Made by a program: the position numbers and the translations under genes. Below the pieces are notes generated by a model that saw only the letters and a list, made by a program, of their open reading frames with translations, was not told the DNA's origin and did no database searches. From contig NZ_CP157522.1 in assembly GCF_049075655.1 (NCBI RefSeq), positions 608,001-672,000 on the forward strand: a DNA stretch of 64,000 nt, written 5' to 3'. Shown one piece after another: positions 1-11,699 of the stretch. Numbering within the stretch: position 1 is the stretch's first letter; each line of letters opens with the position of its first letter. The DNA is from Methanothermococcus sp. Ax23 (lineage in GTDB: Archaea; AGJL01; Methanococci; Methanococcales; Methanococcaceae).

Positions 1-603
1 AAGGAATTTGAAAAAAACCATGATATAAACAAAATAGTGGCAACAGGCTATGGAAGGCATAAATTATCCTTTGTAGATAAGGTAGTTCCAGAGGTCATAG
101 CACTTGGAAAGGGAGCTCACTATTTTTTTGAAGGAGCTCATGGAGTCATAGATATAGGAGGTCAGGACAGCAAAGTATTAAAAATAAATGATAAAGGGGA
201 TGTTTTGGATTTTATACTATCTGATAAATGTGCCGCAGGAACTGGAAAATTCTTAGAAAAATGTATCGATATTCTAAAAATAGATGACGATTTAAACGAC
301 TATAAATCAGACAATATAGCAAAAATATCTTCAATGTGTGCAGTCTTTGCAGAAAGTGAAATAATTTCCTTACTGTCTAAAAGAACCCCGAAGGAAGATA
401 TATTAATGGGAGTTTATGAGAGTATCTCAAACAGGATTGTTCCAATGGTCAATAAATTAAAGCTAAATAATATAGTATTTAGCGGCGGTGTTGCAAAAAA
501 CAGAGTGTTGATTGAACTTTTGGAAAAAAAATTAGATAAAAAGCTATTGGTTCCAGATGAACCCCAAATAGTTTGTTGCGTTGGTGCTGGTTTAATGGTT
601 TAA
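1..603 (+). CDS. CoA-substrate-specific enzyme activase (BadF/BadG/BcrA/BcrD ATPase family), 5'-truncated by window edge
   Basis: Motifs ATGYGR, IDIGGQDSK, DKCAAGTG, SMCAVFAESE, SGGVAKN; the frame is open back to base 1. Confidence 0.9.
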   Translation, partial: KEFEKNHDINKIVATGYGRHKLSFVDKVVPEVIALGKGAHYFFEGAHGVIDIGGQDSKVLKINDKGDVLDFILSDKCAAGTGKFLEKCIDILKIDDDLNDYKSDNIAKISSMCAVFAESEIISLLSKRTPKEDILMGVYESISNRIVPMVNKLKLNNIVFSGGVAKNRVLIELLEKKLDKKLLVPDEPQIVCCVGAGLMV

Positions 604-722
604 TGAACATTGTGATAAAAAATATAACCAAAACTTTATATTTTGCCAAACTATATAGTTTAAATGAGATGTTATATATTTTATATACTTATTAATTCAC
701 ACTTTGCTTTTTTGGTGTTAAA

Positions 723-2138
723 ATGGAATATATATCTAATTTAAAGAGAGCTGTTAAGACCCTTCGAAAAAACAGAAAAAACAATATATTGATATATACA
801 CATATAGATACTGATGGCATCACTTCGAGGGTGATTTTAGAGGAGCTCCTACACAGATTAAACATAGAGGCAGAATTTAGATTTTTAAAACAACTTGGTG
901 TTGATTCCATTGAAGATATTCCATTTAAGGACTATGATTTAATAATTTTTGCAGATTTGGGAAGTGGGCAGATTAATCTTATAAAAGAAAAAATGGAAGA
1001 ATACAACCTATTGGACAGAAAGGATAAAAATATAATCATTTTAGACCACCACATACCTGCAAATACGAATATTCCAGAAAATATAATAAATGTGAATCCT
1101 TGGAACAACAATATCGACGGAGGAAAGGAAATTTGCGGTGCTGGTGTGTCCTATTTATTTGCGAAAATGTGCAACCCCCGAAATATCGACTTGGCAAAAT
1201 ATGCCGTTCTTGGTGCAGTTGGAGATATTCAAAATTTAGAAGGCAAATTCACAGGATTTAATAGAATTATATTAAACGATGCGGTAGAGGCAGGGGACAT
1301 TGTAGCATTTCCAGACCTTCAATTTTACGGAAAGCACACAAAACCTATTTTTGCATCTATTAAGTATTTTACAGATGTTAGAACCGACTTGATGAACAAC
1401 GATTCAAGGATTATAAACTTTATAAACAATATAAATAGAAAATACAATTTAGACATTATACCAAAAGAAAGCCTATGCGATTTGTCCTTTGACGAAAAAA
1501 GGATTCTTGGAAGCGAATTTTTAAATAAATGCAATAGATATGTTCCTTCCAATTGGGCGAGATTTCTTCCAAAGGTAATATTCGGAGAAAGCTATGAATT
1601 TAAAAAGGAGGAGATAAAAACACCATTTAGAAATTTAGAGGAGTTTTCAACCTGCATAAATGCCTGTTCCAGATATGAAGATTATGAAACTCCCCTTAAA
1701 GTTTTAAAAGGAGATAGGGAAAAATATTACGATAAAATGAAATCACGACTAAATGCCCATAAAAGAAACCTTTCAAAATCACTCCAATATATAAAAGATA
1801 ATGTTGAAATAATCCAGAAAGACAAATTTCAATACTTTGAAGTGGAAAATGGCACAATAGAGGGAAGTATAATTGGGATTGTAGCTGGAATGAGCTATTC
1901 AATAGAAGAGGTAGATTGGAAAAAGCCCATATTTGCAATAGGGGAAATGGATAATGGTTATAAAGTATCTGCCAGATGTCCAAAGCTCTTATCATTTGCC
2001 GAAGACATAAACCTTGCCGATGCCATAAGCTACGCATCTAAAAAAGTTGGAGGAAGCGGTGGAGGGCATAAATTTGCCTGCGGTGCATATATTCCAGAAA
2101 AAAAGGATTTTATAAGGCATCTTGAAAACAAACTATAA
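723..2138 (+). CDS. recJ: RecJ-like DHH-family phosphoesterase/ssDNA exonuclease (DHH + DHHA1)
   Basis: HIDTDG, DLGSG, DHH, GAVGD and C-terminal GGGHKFACG motifs. Confidence 0.85.
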   Translation: MEYISNLKRAVKTLRKNRKNNILIYTHIDTDGITSRVILEELLHRLNIEAEFRFLKQLGVDSIEDIPFKDYDLIIFADLGSGQINLIKEKMEEYNLLDRKDKNIIILDHHIPANTNIPENIINVNPWNNNIDGGKEICGAGVSYLFAKMCNPRNIDLAKYAVLGAVGDIQNLEGKFTGFNRIILNDAVEAGDIVAFPDLQFYGKHTKPIFASIKYFTDVRTDLMNNDSRIINFINNINRKYNLDIIPKESLCDLSFDEKRILGSEFLNKCNRYVPSNWARFLPKVIFGESYEFKKEEIKTPFRNLEEFSTCINACSRYEDYETPLKVLKGDREKYYDKMKSRLNAHKRNLSKSLQYIKDNVEIIQKDKFQYFEVENGTIEGSIIGIVAGMSYSIEEVDWKKPIFAIGEMDNGYKVSARCPKLLSFAEDINLADAISYASKKVGGSGGGHKFACGAYIPEKKDFIRHLENKL

Positions 2139-2209
2139 TTAAATTATAATTATTTTATAAAATTACTCAATCATAAAAATAAAAACTTAAAAGATTTAAA
2201 AGTGATTTT

Positions 2210-3487
2210 ATGTATAACAACGATAAATTTAAAAATACATTTAAAGAGGATACAAAATTTGCATCAAAGTATGAAATTGATGTAATTAATAGATTAACTG
2301 GTTTAAATTTTGATTATGATGATTTAATACTGCTTGAAAAACTTGCAGGGGATGATTACAGGAAAAGAATGTATTTAGATGAAAATACACAAATTGGAAT
2401 ACTTGAATTTGATTTAATTGATTTAGATTGGAAATTTACTCCGTCCCCTTATTATTATCAGTTGGTAGATGAAAAGAAAATAATACTAAAACCTACAAAA
2501 AGAAGATTAAAGGGGAAGTATTTAAAAGAAGAATATGTTGAAAATATTGACGAATACAAAAGTATAGTGGAAGATACGAACTATTTTGTCGGTATTGACA
2601 TAGGGACATTTTTAGGAGTTGGAATAAAAAGAAATGATAGAATAAAATTGAAGGACTTAAAAAGGAAAAAAGAAGAAATTAATATTAATAAAATAAACGA
2701 TTATTTAGAGAAAAACAAAAAAAGAATGGATTATCTTGTAAAATCATCAAAAAATATCCTTAAAAAATATATCAACAAATATAAAAACAAAGGGTATGTA
2801 ATAAATGTATCATTTAGTGGCGGAAAGGATAGTGCAGTTTCCACACTTTTGGCAAAAGAGATGATAGAGGATATTGATGTTTTATTTATCGACACAGGTT
2901 TGGAGTATCCTGAAACGATGAAATATGTTAAAGATTTTGCAAAAAAATACGATTTGAATCTGCACACTATAAACGGCGATTACTTTTGGGATGAATTGGA
3001 TAAAGAAGGTATTCCTACAAAAGATAACAGATGGTGCAATAGCGTTTGTAAGCTGATGCCATTGAAGAGCTTCTTTATGGAAAATTATCCAAATAAAAAA
3101 ATATTAACAATTGATGGTTCGAGAAAATTCGAGAGCTTTGCACGGGCAAATTTGGATTATACTAGAAAAAGTGGATTTATAGACTTTCAAACTAATGTAT
3201 TTCCAATACTTGATTGGAACGCTGTTGATGTGTGGAGTTATATTTATTTAAATGATGTTCTTTATAATCCAATGTATGATAAAGGGTTTGAAAGGATAGG
3301 GTGTTATATGTGCCCAGCCGCACTTAACAGCGAATTTTTAAGAGTAAGAGAGCTCCACCCAAACCTATGGGAAAGATGGGCAAACTATTTAAAAAAATAC
3401 TACTCAGAAGATGATATATTGAGGGGATTTTGGAGATGGGATGAGCTCCCTCCAAAGATGATAGAAATTAAGAAAAATTTAAAATAG
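2210..3487 (+). CDS. Phosphoadenosine phosphosulfate reductase family protein (PP-loop, Cys-containing)
   Basis: SFSGGKDS PP-loop, DTGLE, RWCNSVCK, RIGCYMCP. Confidence 0.85.
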   Translation: MYNNDKFKNTFKEDTKFASKYEIDVINRLTGLNFDYDDLILLEKLAGDDYRKRMYLDENTQIGILEFDLIDLDWKFTPSPYYYQLVDEKKIILKPTKRRLKGKYLKEEYVENIDEYKSIVEDTNYFVGIDIGTFLGVGIKRNDRIKLKDLKRKKEEININKINDYLEKNKKRMDYLVKSSKNILKKYINKYKNKGYVINVSFSGGKDSAVSTLLAKEMIEDIDVLFIDTGLEYPETMKYVKDFAKKYDLNLHTINGDYFWDELDKEGIPTKDNRWCNSVCKLMPLKSFFMENYPNKKILTIDGSRKFESFARANLDYTRKSGFIDFQTNVFPILDWNAVDVWSYIYLNDVLYNPMYDKGFERIGCYMCPAALNSEFLRVRELHPNLWERWANYLKKYYSEDDILRGFWRWDELPPKMIEIKKNLK

Positions 3488-3555
3488 AACAAAATAAATG
3501 TAATTAAAATAGATTAAATATAGCTAATAAAAATGATAATAATAAAGGTGATATT

Positions 3556-4323
3556 GTGGATAAAAAAATAACAATCGTTGGAGCTGGTCCCGGAGACCCT
3601 GAGTTGATAACATTAAAAGGAAAAAAAGCCATAGAAAACGCAGATATATTAATATATGCTGGCTCTCTTGTTAATAGGGAAGTTTTAAACTACAACAAAA
3701 AGAATGCAAAAATATACAACAGTGCAACAATGAACTTGGGAGAAATTATTGATGTAATTGTTGATGGTGTGGAAAAGGGCTTAAATGTTGTAAGGGTGCA
3801 TACGGGAGACCCATCCATATATGGAGCAATAAAAGAGCAAATTGATGAATTGAAAAAACATAATATAGATGTTGATATTATCCCAGGAGTCACTTCCTTA
3901 TTTGCAGCAACCAGTTCATTGAAGGCAGAATTAACTCTTCCAGAAGTCTCCCAAACTATAATAATTACAAGACCTGAGGGAAGAACTCCAAAACCTAAAA
4001 AAGAAAAAATAAAAGATTTGGCAAAACATCAAGCTACTATGGCAATATATTTAGGCGTTGGTATGATTGATAAGGTTGTAAATGATTTAATTGAGGGAGG
4101 ATATAATGAAGATACACCTGTTGCCGTAGTTTATCACGCATCATGGGAGGATGAGAAGATTATTAAAGGAGCTCTAAAAAATATATCCAATAAAGTTAAA
4201 AACGCAGGCATTACAAAAACGGCATTGATTATAGTAGGGGATGTTTTAGACCCAAAATACTATGAATATTCAAAATTATACGACAAAGATTTTGAGACAG
4301 AATATAGAAAGGTTAAACACTAA
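3556..4323 (+). CDS. cobM: Precorrin-4/cobalt-precorrin-4 C11-methyltransferase (CobM/CbiF)
   Basis: GAGPGDPELIT, YAGSLV, HTGDPSIYGA, ELTLPEVSQT; GTG start with GGTGA RBS. Confidence 0.93.
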   Translation: MDKKITIVGAGPGDPELITLKGKKAIENADILIYAGSLVNREVLNYNKKNAKIYNSATMNLGEIIDVIVDGVEKGLNVVRVHTGDPSIYGAIKEQIDELKKHNIDVDIIPGVTSLFAATSSLKAELTLPEVSQTIIITRPEGRTPKPKKEKIKDLAKHQATMAIYLGVGMIDKVVNDLIEGGYNEDTPVAVVYHASWEDEKIIKGALKNISNKVKNAGITKTALIIVGDVLDPKYYEYSKLYDKDFETEYRKVKH

Positions 4324-4373
4324 CTGCAAACTAATTGCAATAAGCTCAACTATTATAGTCAATCTACGAACAT

Positions 4374-5327
4374 TTATGACCCATTTAAGGACACCTCATG
4401 TAGATTGACTATATTTTGAATACCAATAGCCACCAATACATCATCTTTTTTTACCATAAAATCACTTTTTGGATTAGTTATTAACTCTCCATCTCTTAAA
4501 ATCCCAATAATAGTTAAATTTTTATCATTTTTTAAATTTACAAATATGTCTATAAACTTTGTATCTCCACCATCCCACTTAATTTCAAAAATATCACTAC
4601 CGTATTTACATGTGCTGGTGTCTTCAAAGAACATAACTACTGAGCTCTCAAATATGGAACTTGCCATCAACCTACCTGCAAACCCTTCGGATAATATAAC
4701 AAAATCAGCACCTGAATGTTTTAACAAATCAAAATTATCGTCCTTTATACATTTCACTATTATTGTGGCTCTTGGATTTAACTGCCTTACAATTAAAGTG
4801 ATTAAAATAGTCTTAGAATCATCGTTTGTAGAGATTATTACATACTTTGCTTTATCAATACCTGCTTTATTTAGAACCTCTTTGTCGTCCAATTCACCCA
4901 TTACGTAATCATGACCATAAACGGAAGATTCTGAAACTATAACTACATCTTCTTTTATGTTATTTGCCCTTAACTCATCCAAACATTCCTTACTTGCTTC
5001 ATTCCACCCTATTATAACAATGTGGTCTTTCTTTTTCATAGACAACAACCCCTGAAACTTCGCTATATTTGTATCAACAATATAACTTATCATCAAACTA
5101 GCCAATGTCGAATATACTCCTATCCCCGTTAAGGCTATAGCTATTGCTAAGAACCTGCCATATGTAGTTTGTGGAGTAATGTCCCCATAACCTATTGTAG
5201 TCATGGATATTATAGTCCAATACAAACTATCTAAAAAACTTACATGTTCCATTATTGAAAAGGCAATTGAATAAACTATGGTTAAAACTGCAAATATACC
5301 AAACATTATTAAAAAACTGTTTTTCAT
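4374..5327 (-). CDS. Two-TM potassium channel with RCK domain
   Basis: Filter TTIGYGD, two TM helices, HIVIIGW RCK-N and RCK-C region. Confidence 0.9.
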   Translation of the reverse strand: MKNSFLIMFGIFAVLTIVYSIAFSIMEHVSFLDSLYWTIISMTTIGYGDITPQTTYGRFLAIAIALTGIGVYSTLASLMISYIVDTNIAKFQGLLSMKKKDHIVIIGWNEASKECLDELRANNIKEDVVIVSESSVYGHDYVMGELDDKEVLNKAGIDKAKYVIISTNDDSKTILITLIVRQLNPRATIIVKCIKDDNFDLLKHSGADFVILSEGFAGRLMASSIFESSVVMFFEDTSTCKYGSDIFEIKWDGGDTKFIDIFVNLKNDKNLTIIGILRDGELITNPKSDFMVKKDDVLVAIGIQNIVNLHEVSLNGS

Positions 5328-5453
5328 ATTATCACTTGGTATTGCATGTCATGTGGGGAATTGATTTAGTCCATGTTTGAAATAATTAATTTGACTTAAA
5401 TTATACACCTTTTTTATTTTTCAGCAGGATTATTTAACAACCTGTGTAAATTC

Positions 5454-5645
5454 TTAGATTTTACTCGATATTATTTTTATATCTGTTTTTCTTGTAATAT
5501 CTTCCTCTGTTTCAAGCAATTTATTTAATCTGTTTTTTAAATCTTCAATATCTCTCGATTCATCTATTATCTCCCTTAAAAATTCTATATCCGAGACATA
5601 AGGCCCAACTTCCATCAATATAGCATTTTTTTCTTCAATGTTCAT
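5454..5645 (-). CDS. Small hypothetical protein
   Basis: 63 aa ORF with AGGTGA RBS, 4 bp downstream of the DUF2304 gene. Confidence 0.7.
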   Translation of the reverse strand: MNIEEKNAILMEVGPYVSDIEFLREIIDESRDIEDLKNRLNKLLETEEDITRKTDIKIISSKI

Positions 5646-5649
5646 TTAA

Positions 5650-5991
5650 TCACCTTTTTTCTTTTTTCTCCCTTTCTATTATTGCAATTTCCCTTACAAC
5701 TGTTGTTATTTCCCTTTCAATATTCTCCATCTTAACATATATTCTATATATTAAATAAAACAATACGATAATTGCAAGATATATCAGAACATCTACACCC
5801 CTACCAACACCAGTTAAGGTTGCCAGGTATCCCAAAGTTCTTGGAAATACAACTGATGAAATCACAGCCATCCAGACAAATATCCAAAATATAGCAGAAT
5901 CCCTACTCATGGCATTTGCCCTTACCTGTAATATTACCCTCGATATTGCAAAGACTGCAAAAATAATTGCAAGTATTTGAATTAGTTGCAT
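5650..5991 (-). CDS. DUF2304 family membrane protein
   Basis: GVGRGVD motif, three TM segments, C-terminal coiled coil. Confidence 0.85.
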   Translation of the reverse strand: MQLIQILAIIFAVFAISRVILQVRANAMSRDSAIFWIFVWMAVISSVVFPRTLGYLATLTGVGRGVDVLIYLAIIVLFYLIYRIYVKMENIEREITTVVREIAIIEREKKEKR

Positions 5992-6098
5992 AATTCACCC
6001 CTATTATCAATAATATTAAAATAAATTATTAAGAATACGATATATTAGTGATATAAATTTATATCTAATGATTTGATATATATTATTTTGGTGATTTA

Positions 6099-7013
6099 AT
6101 GAAGATGAAGCATTTGATATCTATAAAAGATATTGGAAAAAAAGAAATTTTAAAGATATTGGATGAATCGGAAAAAATGGAAGAATTGCTAAAATCTAAA
6201 AAAGTGATAAACATTATGGATGGAAAAATACTTGCCACTTTATTTTATGAACCCTCCACAAGAACAAGATTATCTTTTGAAACTGCAATGAAGAGGCTCG
6301 GAGGAACTGTAATAGGATTTACAGATATAAAAAATACATCTGTTATGAAAGGAGAAAGTTTGATGGATACCATACGGGTCATTAGCGGATATGCCGATAT
6401 AATTGCGATACGGCATCCATCCGAAGGCTCTGCAAGGTTGGCAAGTGAGTATGCAACTGTTCCTGTGATAAATGCGGGCGACGGTTCAAACCAGCACCCT
6501 ACCCAAACACTACTTGATTTATACACCATAAAACGAGAAATAGGAAAAATAGATGGAATAAAAATTGCATTTATTGGAGATTTAAAATATGGAAGAACGG
6601 TTCATTCATTATGCTACGCACTCTCTCTCTTTGATGATGTGGAAATAGTGTTTATTTCACCAGAAGAACTTAAAATACCAAAAGAAATAATAGAAGATTT
6701 AAAGAAAAAAGGAAATGTTAAATTTTCTGAAAAATGCCATATAGATTTAACAGATGTTGATGTGGCATACATGACGCGAATTCAAAAAGAGAGATTTCCA
6801 GATTTAAATGAATATCAAAAGGTAAAAGGAATATACAAACTCACAAAAGAGCACATATGCGATAAAAATTTAATTGTTATGCATCCGCTTCCAAGAGTTG
6901 ATGAAGTGGATTCAAATGTGGATGAGCTCCCACAGGCGAAATATTTTGAACAATCATTCTATGGAGTTCCTGTGAGAATGGCAATCTTAAAAATGCTTTT
7001 GGAAAATGAATAA
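6099..7013 (+). CDS. pyrB: Aspartate carbamoyltransferase catalytic subunit
   Basis: FYEPSTRTRLSF, NAGDG, HPTQTLLD, HPLPR. Confidence 0.97.
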   Translation: MKMKHLISIKDIGKKEILKILDESEKMEELLKSKKVINIMDGKILATLFYEPSTRTRLSFETAMKRLGGTVIGFTDIKNTSVMKGESLMDTIRVISGYADIIAIRHPSEGSARLASEYATVPVINAGDGSNQHPTQTLLDLYTIKREIGKIDGIKIAFIGDLKYGRTVHSLCYALSLFDDVEIVFISPEELKIPKEIIEDLKKKGNVKFSEKCHIDLTDVDVAYMTRIQKERFPDLNEYQKVKGIYKLTKEHICDKNLIVMHPLPRVDEVDSNVDELPQAKYFEQSFYGVPVRMAILKMLLENE

Positions 7014-7216
7014 ATAAATAAAATAAATTTTAAAAAAATAAAAAATATATATCATGATAGTTAATTTTTTATATTATTAATTATATTAAATAAATGCTCG
7101 CATGGCCTCTCGCTTTTTCTTAATTATTATTTATTTAATTTAATCGATAATGCATAAATAATATGGCAATAATATAAACACTAAAACAAATATACTATAA
7201 ATCAACTGGTGATAAA

Positions 7217-7603
7217 ATGGGAATTTGGCAAGGAAAGAGTAAAAGAAAACCTACTGGTGGAAAATACAGATTGGTTGTTAAAAAACACAAAAAAGAAATG
7301 GGTAGAGAACCAGCAGAAACTCACTTAACCGATGAGGTAAAAATAAAAATAGTAAGAGTTGCTGGTGGAAACAAAAAAGTTAAATTATTAAAAACAAACT
7401 ATGCCAATGTAATGGACCCTACAAACAATACATGTAAAAAGGTTGGCATCTTAAATGTAGTTGGAAACGATGCAAATAAACACTACATCAGAAGAAACAT
7501 TATTACAAAAGGAGCTATCATTGAAACAGAAATTGGTAAAGCAAAAGTTACATCAAGACCTGGTCAAGATGGTGTAGTTAATGCTGTTTTAATCAATGAA
7601 TAA
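7217..7603 (+). CDS. rps8e: 30S ribosomal protein S8e
   Basis: [30 protein letters not shown]. Confidence 0.97.
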   Translation: MGIWQGKSKRKPTGGKYRLVVKKHKKEMGREPAETHLTDEVKIKIVRVAGGNKKVKLLKTNYANVMDPTNNTCKKVGILNVVGNDANKHYIRRNIITKGAIIETEIGKAKVTSRPGQDGVVNAVLINE

Positions 7604-7670
7604 CTAAATATTACTAAAAAATAAAAAAATAAAATATCTATTTTTTATTTTATAATGATGATGTTGATGA

Positions 7671-8903
7671 TTATTCTTCATATTCATCCATTTCTTTTTT
7701 CTTTCTCTTTTTATAGATATACCATACAATAATCAATATTAAGAGACCTATTATCATATAATAATAATTTACACTGGATTTAACTTTTGTATGTTCCTTA
7801 AATGTTATATTAAATGTTTTTGAAATATGATATTCATTATGGTAGTCATCAAAATATGTTAAATCAACTTTTACAGGCTGGGTTTCATTTAACTTCCCAT
7901 ATACATTATAGGATACTGTATCATAATCATCTTCATTTAAATCTCCAATATATTTGATATAATTATTGTTTAATTCAGTTATCCCACTTATTTTCAAAAC
8001 ACAGTGTTTTATGGTGGTTGAACCCCTATTTGCCACCCCTATGACTATTTCAGAAGCGTCAGGATTGTATTTATATCCATCCAAATATACAAAAACACTG
8101 TTGTTATGTATTACTTTTACAACCTTTATATTTATGGGAATCGTTGAATTATATATGGTTCCATCTTCCCCAGTCCAATACATTATTGCGGTTATTGGGT
8201 AAATTCCATCATCTGCCTTGGTGAGGGCATAAATTTTTGCTGAAATCTTGCTATTTTCACCAGGTTTTACGGATTTTAAATAGAATGTTGCAGGACCTAC
8301 TATATTGACATTTTCAGTTCCCTTTAAATTGAGCGTTAAGTATTTTGCAATTCCTGTCCCCTTATTTTTAAGTATTATGTCAATATCTTTTGTTTCTGAT
8401 GGAGTTATGTTGTTGCCGTTGTTGGTATCTATCTCAAATTTTGCGATTCCATAAATCGGAAGATAGTATATTTTTGTGAAATTTATTTTATTTTCATATG
8501 TCTCTCCCTTTTTTTCCTCATACTCAGTTGCTACAATATTTACATCAATTCTATAATTTTGAGATGGTGCATCCTCATTTACATGAAGCTTAAAATATAC
8601 AGTATCACTTTCACCAGTATTTAGATGGGATAATGTAGCTGTTCCTTTTATTGGATTTACCTGTTTTACCTCAAATGGATAGTGTGGTGTAATTGTTATT
8701 ATTATATCCTTTACATTTCGGTTGTTGTTGTTTGTTATTTTAAACCACAAATCCACATCATCTCCCGGATGAATTATATTTGGAGATTTTTCATCAGGTA
8801 TTATTTTATCCACCCTATACTGCGGGTCATCGACTATTAATCCATAATTTATAGAGGTTGTTAAAAATATTGTCAAAATTAAAATAGAAAATATTTTTCT
8901 CAT
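7671..8903 (-). CDS. COG1361 S-layer-domain-like secreted, membrane-anchored protein
   Basis: Signal peptide, Ig-like repeats (PGDDVDL, NKGTG, NRGS), C-terminal TM with basic tail; divergent from a MacB-type ABC pair. Confidence 0.75.
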   Translation of the reverse strand: MRKIFSILILTIFLTTSINYGLIVDDPQYRVDKIIPDEKSPNIIHPGDDVDLWFKITNNNNRNVKDIIITITPHYPFEVKQVNPIKGTATLSHLNTGESDTVYFKLHVNEDAPSQNYRIDVNIVATEYEEKKGETYENKINFTKIYYLPIYGIAKFEIDTNNGNNITPSETKDIDIILKNKGTGIAKYLTLNLKGTENVNIVGPATFYLKSVKPGENSKISAKIYALTKADDGIYPITAIMYWTGEDGTIYNSTIPINIKVVKVIHNNSVFVYLDGYKYNPDASEIVIGVANRGSTTIKHCVLKISGITELNNNYIKYIGDLNEDDYDTVSYNVYGKLNETQPVKVDLTYFDDYHNEYHISKTFNITFKEHTKVKSSVNYYYMIIGLLILIIVWYIYKKRKKKEMDEYEE

Positions 8904-9026
8904 AATCCCCCTCTTTTAGTTTAAACTATATACATTATATCCATTATAATATATATAATTACATAATATATAGGCATATAATATACATTGATTATCAAAT
9001 ATACCATATTCAAATTTGGTGAAATT

Positions 9027-10217
9027 ATGAAACCAGCAGATATTATTTCCTTTGCGGGAAAAAACATAACCCAAAAAAGGACTCAAAGTTTGCTAACAAT
9101 TGTGGGAATTGTAATAGGTATTGTGGCCATAGTCAGCCTTATTTCTTTGGGGTACGGAGTTCAAAATTACATACAGGAAGAAACTGCGAAATTGGGGGCA
9201 AATAAAATACAAATTTTTCCGATGAAACAGTTTGGAACTCCACCATCCAAGCTTTTTGGAGATAAAGAGGTTAAAGCAATTAAAAATATAAGGGGGGTGG
9301 ATGAAGTCCTATATGGGTGGTATAGTGGAGTTAATGTTGAATATAGAGATGAAAAATATTTCGTAAATATATACTATGCAAAACCATCCACTCTAAAATC
9401 CGTTTATTCTGATGTGGGAGGGTATGGAATTGAAAAAGGACGGTGGTTATCAGACAATGACAACTATAAATGTATGATAGGTTATGGAGTGGCACATAAT
9501 TTATTCAAAAAAGAATTAAGAGTGGGGGACTCAATATATATCAGTGGGCAAAAATTTAAAATTGTTGGAATCATGACTCAGGTGGGCAACCAGCAAGATG
9601 ATAATATGGTAATGATACCCATGAGCTCCGGTGAAGAACTATTTAATAAAAAAGGGGAGTATAACTACATAATGGTGAAAATCAAAGATGGTGCAGATAT
9701 TAAAAAAGTATCAGAGGATATAAAAGATGCCTTGGAAAAGTCCATGGGGACGGATAATTTCAGCGTTTTAACTGCTGAACAGATGGCAAAATCAATTGGT
9801 GGGATATTAAATGTTTTAACTATGTTTGTAGCAGGGGTTGCTGGAATATCTTTATTAGTTGGTGCAGTTGGAATCTCCAACACCATGCATATGAGCATTT
9901 TGGAAAGAAGGAAAGATATTGGGATTTTAAAAGCACTTGGTGCAGAGACCACGACGATACTATCAATATTCGTGGTTGAAGCAGGATTTTTAGGTTTATT
10001 AGGTGGAATTGTGGGCTTGATAATTGGTGTAGGTATTGCCAAATTAGTTGAAATAATAGCTCAAAATATGGGGTATGGTATGATTCAAGCATGGATTTCA
10101 TGGGAGCTCGCAGTTGGAGTTTTATGCTTCTCGTTTATTGTTGGAGTAATTAGCGGATATTTCCCTGCAAGAAGTGGAGCAAAATTAAATCCAATCGATA
10201 CTTTGAGGGGATTATAA
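9027..10217 (+). CDS. ABC transporter permease (MacB/FtsX family)
   Basis: SLLTIVGIVIG, GISNTM, ERRKDIGILKALGA, FPARSGAKLNPIDTLR; ATG at 9027 after GGTGA RBS. Confidence 0.92.
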   Translation: MKPADIISFAGKNITQKRTQSLLTIVGIVIGIVAIVSLISLGYGVQNYIQEETAKLGANKIQIFPMKQFGTPPSKLFGDKEVKAIKNIRGVDEVLYGWYSGVNVEYRDEKYFVNIYYAKPSTLKSVYSDVGGYGIEKGRWLSDNDNYKCMIGYGVAHNLFKKELRVGDSIYISGQKFKIVGIMTQVGNQQDDNMVMIPMSSGEELFNKKGEYNYIMVKIKDGADIKKVSEDIKDALEKSMGTDNFSVLTAEQMAKSIGGILNVLTMFVAGVAGISLLVGAVGISNTMHMSILERRKDIGILKALGAETTTILSIFVVEAGFLGLLGGIVGLIIGVGIAKLVEIIAQNMGYGMIQAWISWELAVGVLCFSFIVGVISGYFPARSGAKLNPIDTLRGL

Positions 10218-10921
10218 TGACATTTATAGAAGCGAGAAATCTGTGGAAAGTGTATGGAACAGGGGAGGCTAAAACTGTGGTTTTAAAGGGAATAAATTTA
10301 AAAATAGATAAGGGGGAATTCGTGGCAATAACAGGACCAAGCGGATGCGGAAAATCCACCCTTTTAAATATCCTTGGTCTCTTGGATGTTCCAAATAAAG
10401 GTATTGTATATATCAATGGTAAAAAAACCACTTTGATGAGTGAAAATGAAAGAGCGGTATTCAGGAGAAAAATAAGTGGCTTTATATTTCAACAATTCCA
10501 CCTATTAAATACATTGACTGCACTGGAAAATGTGGAGCTCTCAATGGTGCTTAATGACATGGATAAAAATTACAGAAGAAAAAGAGCCAAGGAATTGCTT
10601 AAAATCATGGGCCTCGAACACAGAGAGAAGCACTATCCTAATCAATTAAGTGGGGGTCAGATGCAGAGGGTGGCAATAGCACGAGCTCTTGCAAACCGTC
10701 CAAAGATAATATTTGCAGACGAACCCACCGGGAATTTGGACAGTAAAAGCGGGTATCAAGTTATGAATATTTTAAAGGAGCTCCATGATAATGGAATAAC
10801 TATTATAATGGTCACACATGAGAAAGAATATACAAAATACGCCACAAAGGTTGTAAAAATGAAGGATGGTGAAATTATAGATATTGTGAAAAATCAAGAA
10901 CATAACATTATTGGAGAATAA
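10217..10921 (+). CDS. ABC transporter ATP-binding protein (LolD/MacB type)
   Basis: GPSGCGKST, LSGGQMQR, FADEPTGNLD. Confidence 0.95.
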   Translation: MTFIEARNLWKVYGTGEAKTVVLKGINLKIDKGEFVAITGPSGCGKSTLLNILGLLDVPNKGIVYINGKKTTLMSENERAVFRRKISGFIFQQFHLLNTLTALENVELSMVLNDMDKNYRRKRAKELLKIMGLEHREKHYPNQLSGGQMQRVAIARALANRPKIIFADEPTGNLDSKSGYQVMNILKELHDNGITIIMVTHEKEYTKYATKVVKMKDGEIIDIVKNQEHNIIGE

Positions 10922-10988
10922 TTATTGTATAACTGATAAATTAATTGCATAATCATTCAACAAAAAAAATATTAAAACGGGGGATAAT

Positions 10989-11654
10989 ATGGTAGAATAT
11001 GATTTTAAAATAGAATACAGACCTGCATACTCTTTATTAAAAATAAATCTCCAAAATCAGAGCATCATAGCTGAAACTGGTGCAATGGTGTATATGGATA
11101 GTAATATTAACATAAAAACCAATATGAGCGGGGGATTGATGGGAGCTCTAAAAAGGGCAGTAGTTGGAGAAAATATATTTTTAAATAAATTCAGTGGAAC
11201 GGGGATATTGGCACTATCTCCAAATTATGTTGGGGATATAGTTCATCATGAATTGGATGGAGCTCTGTATGTTCAAAGTGGGGCATATATGGCATCATCA
11301 CCAGATATAAATATCAATACAAAATTTGGAGGGGCAAAATCATTCTTTGGAGGCAAAGGATTATTTTTAATGAAGCTTGAAGGAAAGGGGGATGTGTTTT
11401 TATCATCCTTCGGAGCTCTTGAAACTGTGGAATTGAATGATGAAAGTTTGATAGTTGATAACGGCAATCTTGTTGGATTCACAGATGGATTGTCTTATTC
11501 ATTAAGAAGAATTGGTGGATTAAAATCATCATTACTTGGTGGAGAAGGTGCAGTTTATGAATTCAGAGGCACTGGAAAAGTATATATTCAGACAAGAAAT
11601 ATGGAAAGCTTTGCGGACTTTTTAATGAAGTATTTGCCAGTAGGTAGAAAGTAA
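10989..11654 (+). CDS. TIGR00266/AIM24 family protein
   Basis: AETGAM, FFGGKGLF, VDNGNLV, GGEG, GTGKVYIQTR. Confidence 0.88.
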   Translation: MVEYDFKIEYRPAYSLLKINLQNQSIIAETGAMVYMDSNINIKTNMSGGLMGALKRAVVGENIFLNKFSGTGILALSPNYVGDIVHHELDGALYVQSGAYMASSPDININTKFGGAKSFFGGKGLFLMKLEGKGDVFLSSFGALETVELNDESLIVDNGNLVGFTDGLSYSLRRIGGLKSSLLGGEGAVYEFRGTGKVYIQTRNMESFADFLMKYLPVGRK

Positions 11655-11699
11655 ATATTAAATCAAAAATTATTAAGACCATATAAAATAGGTGAATCT

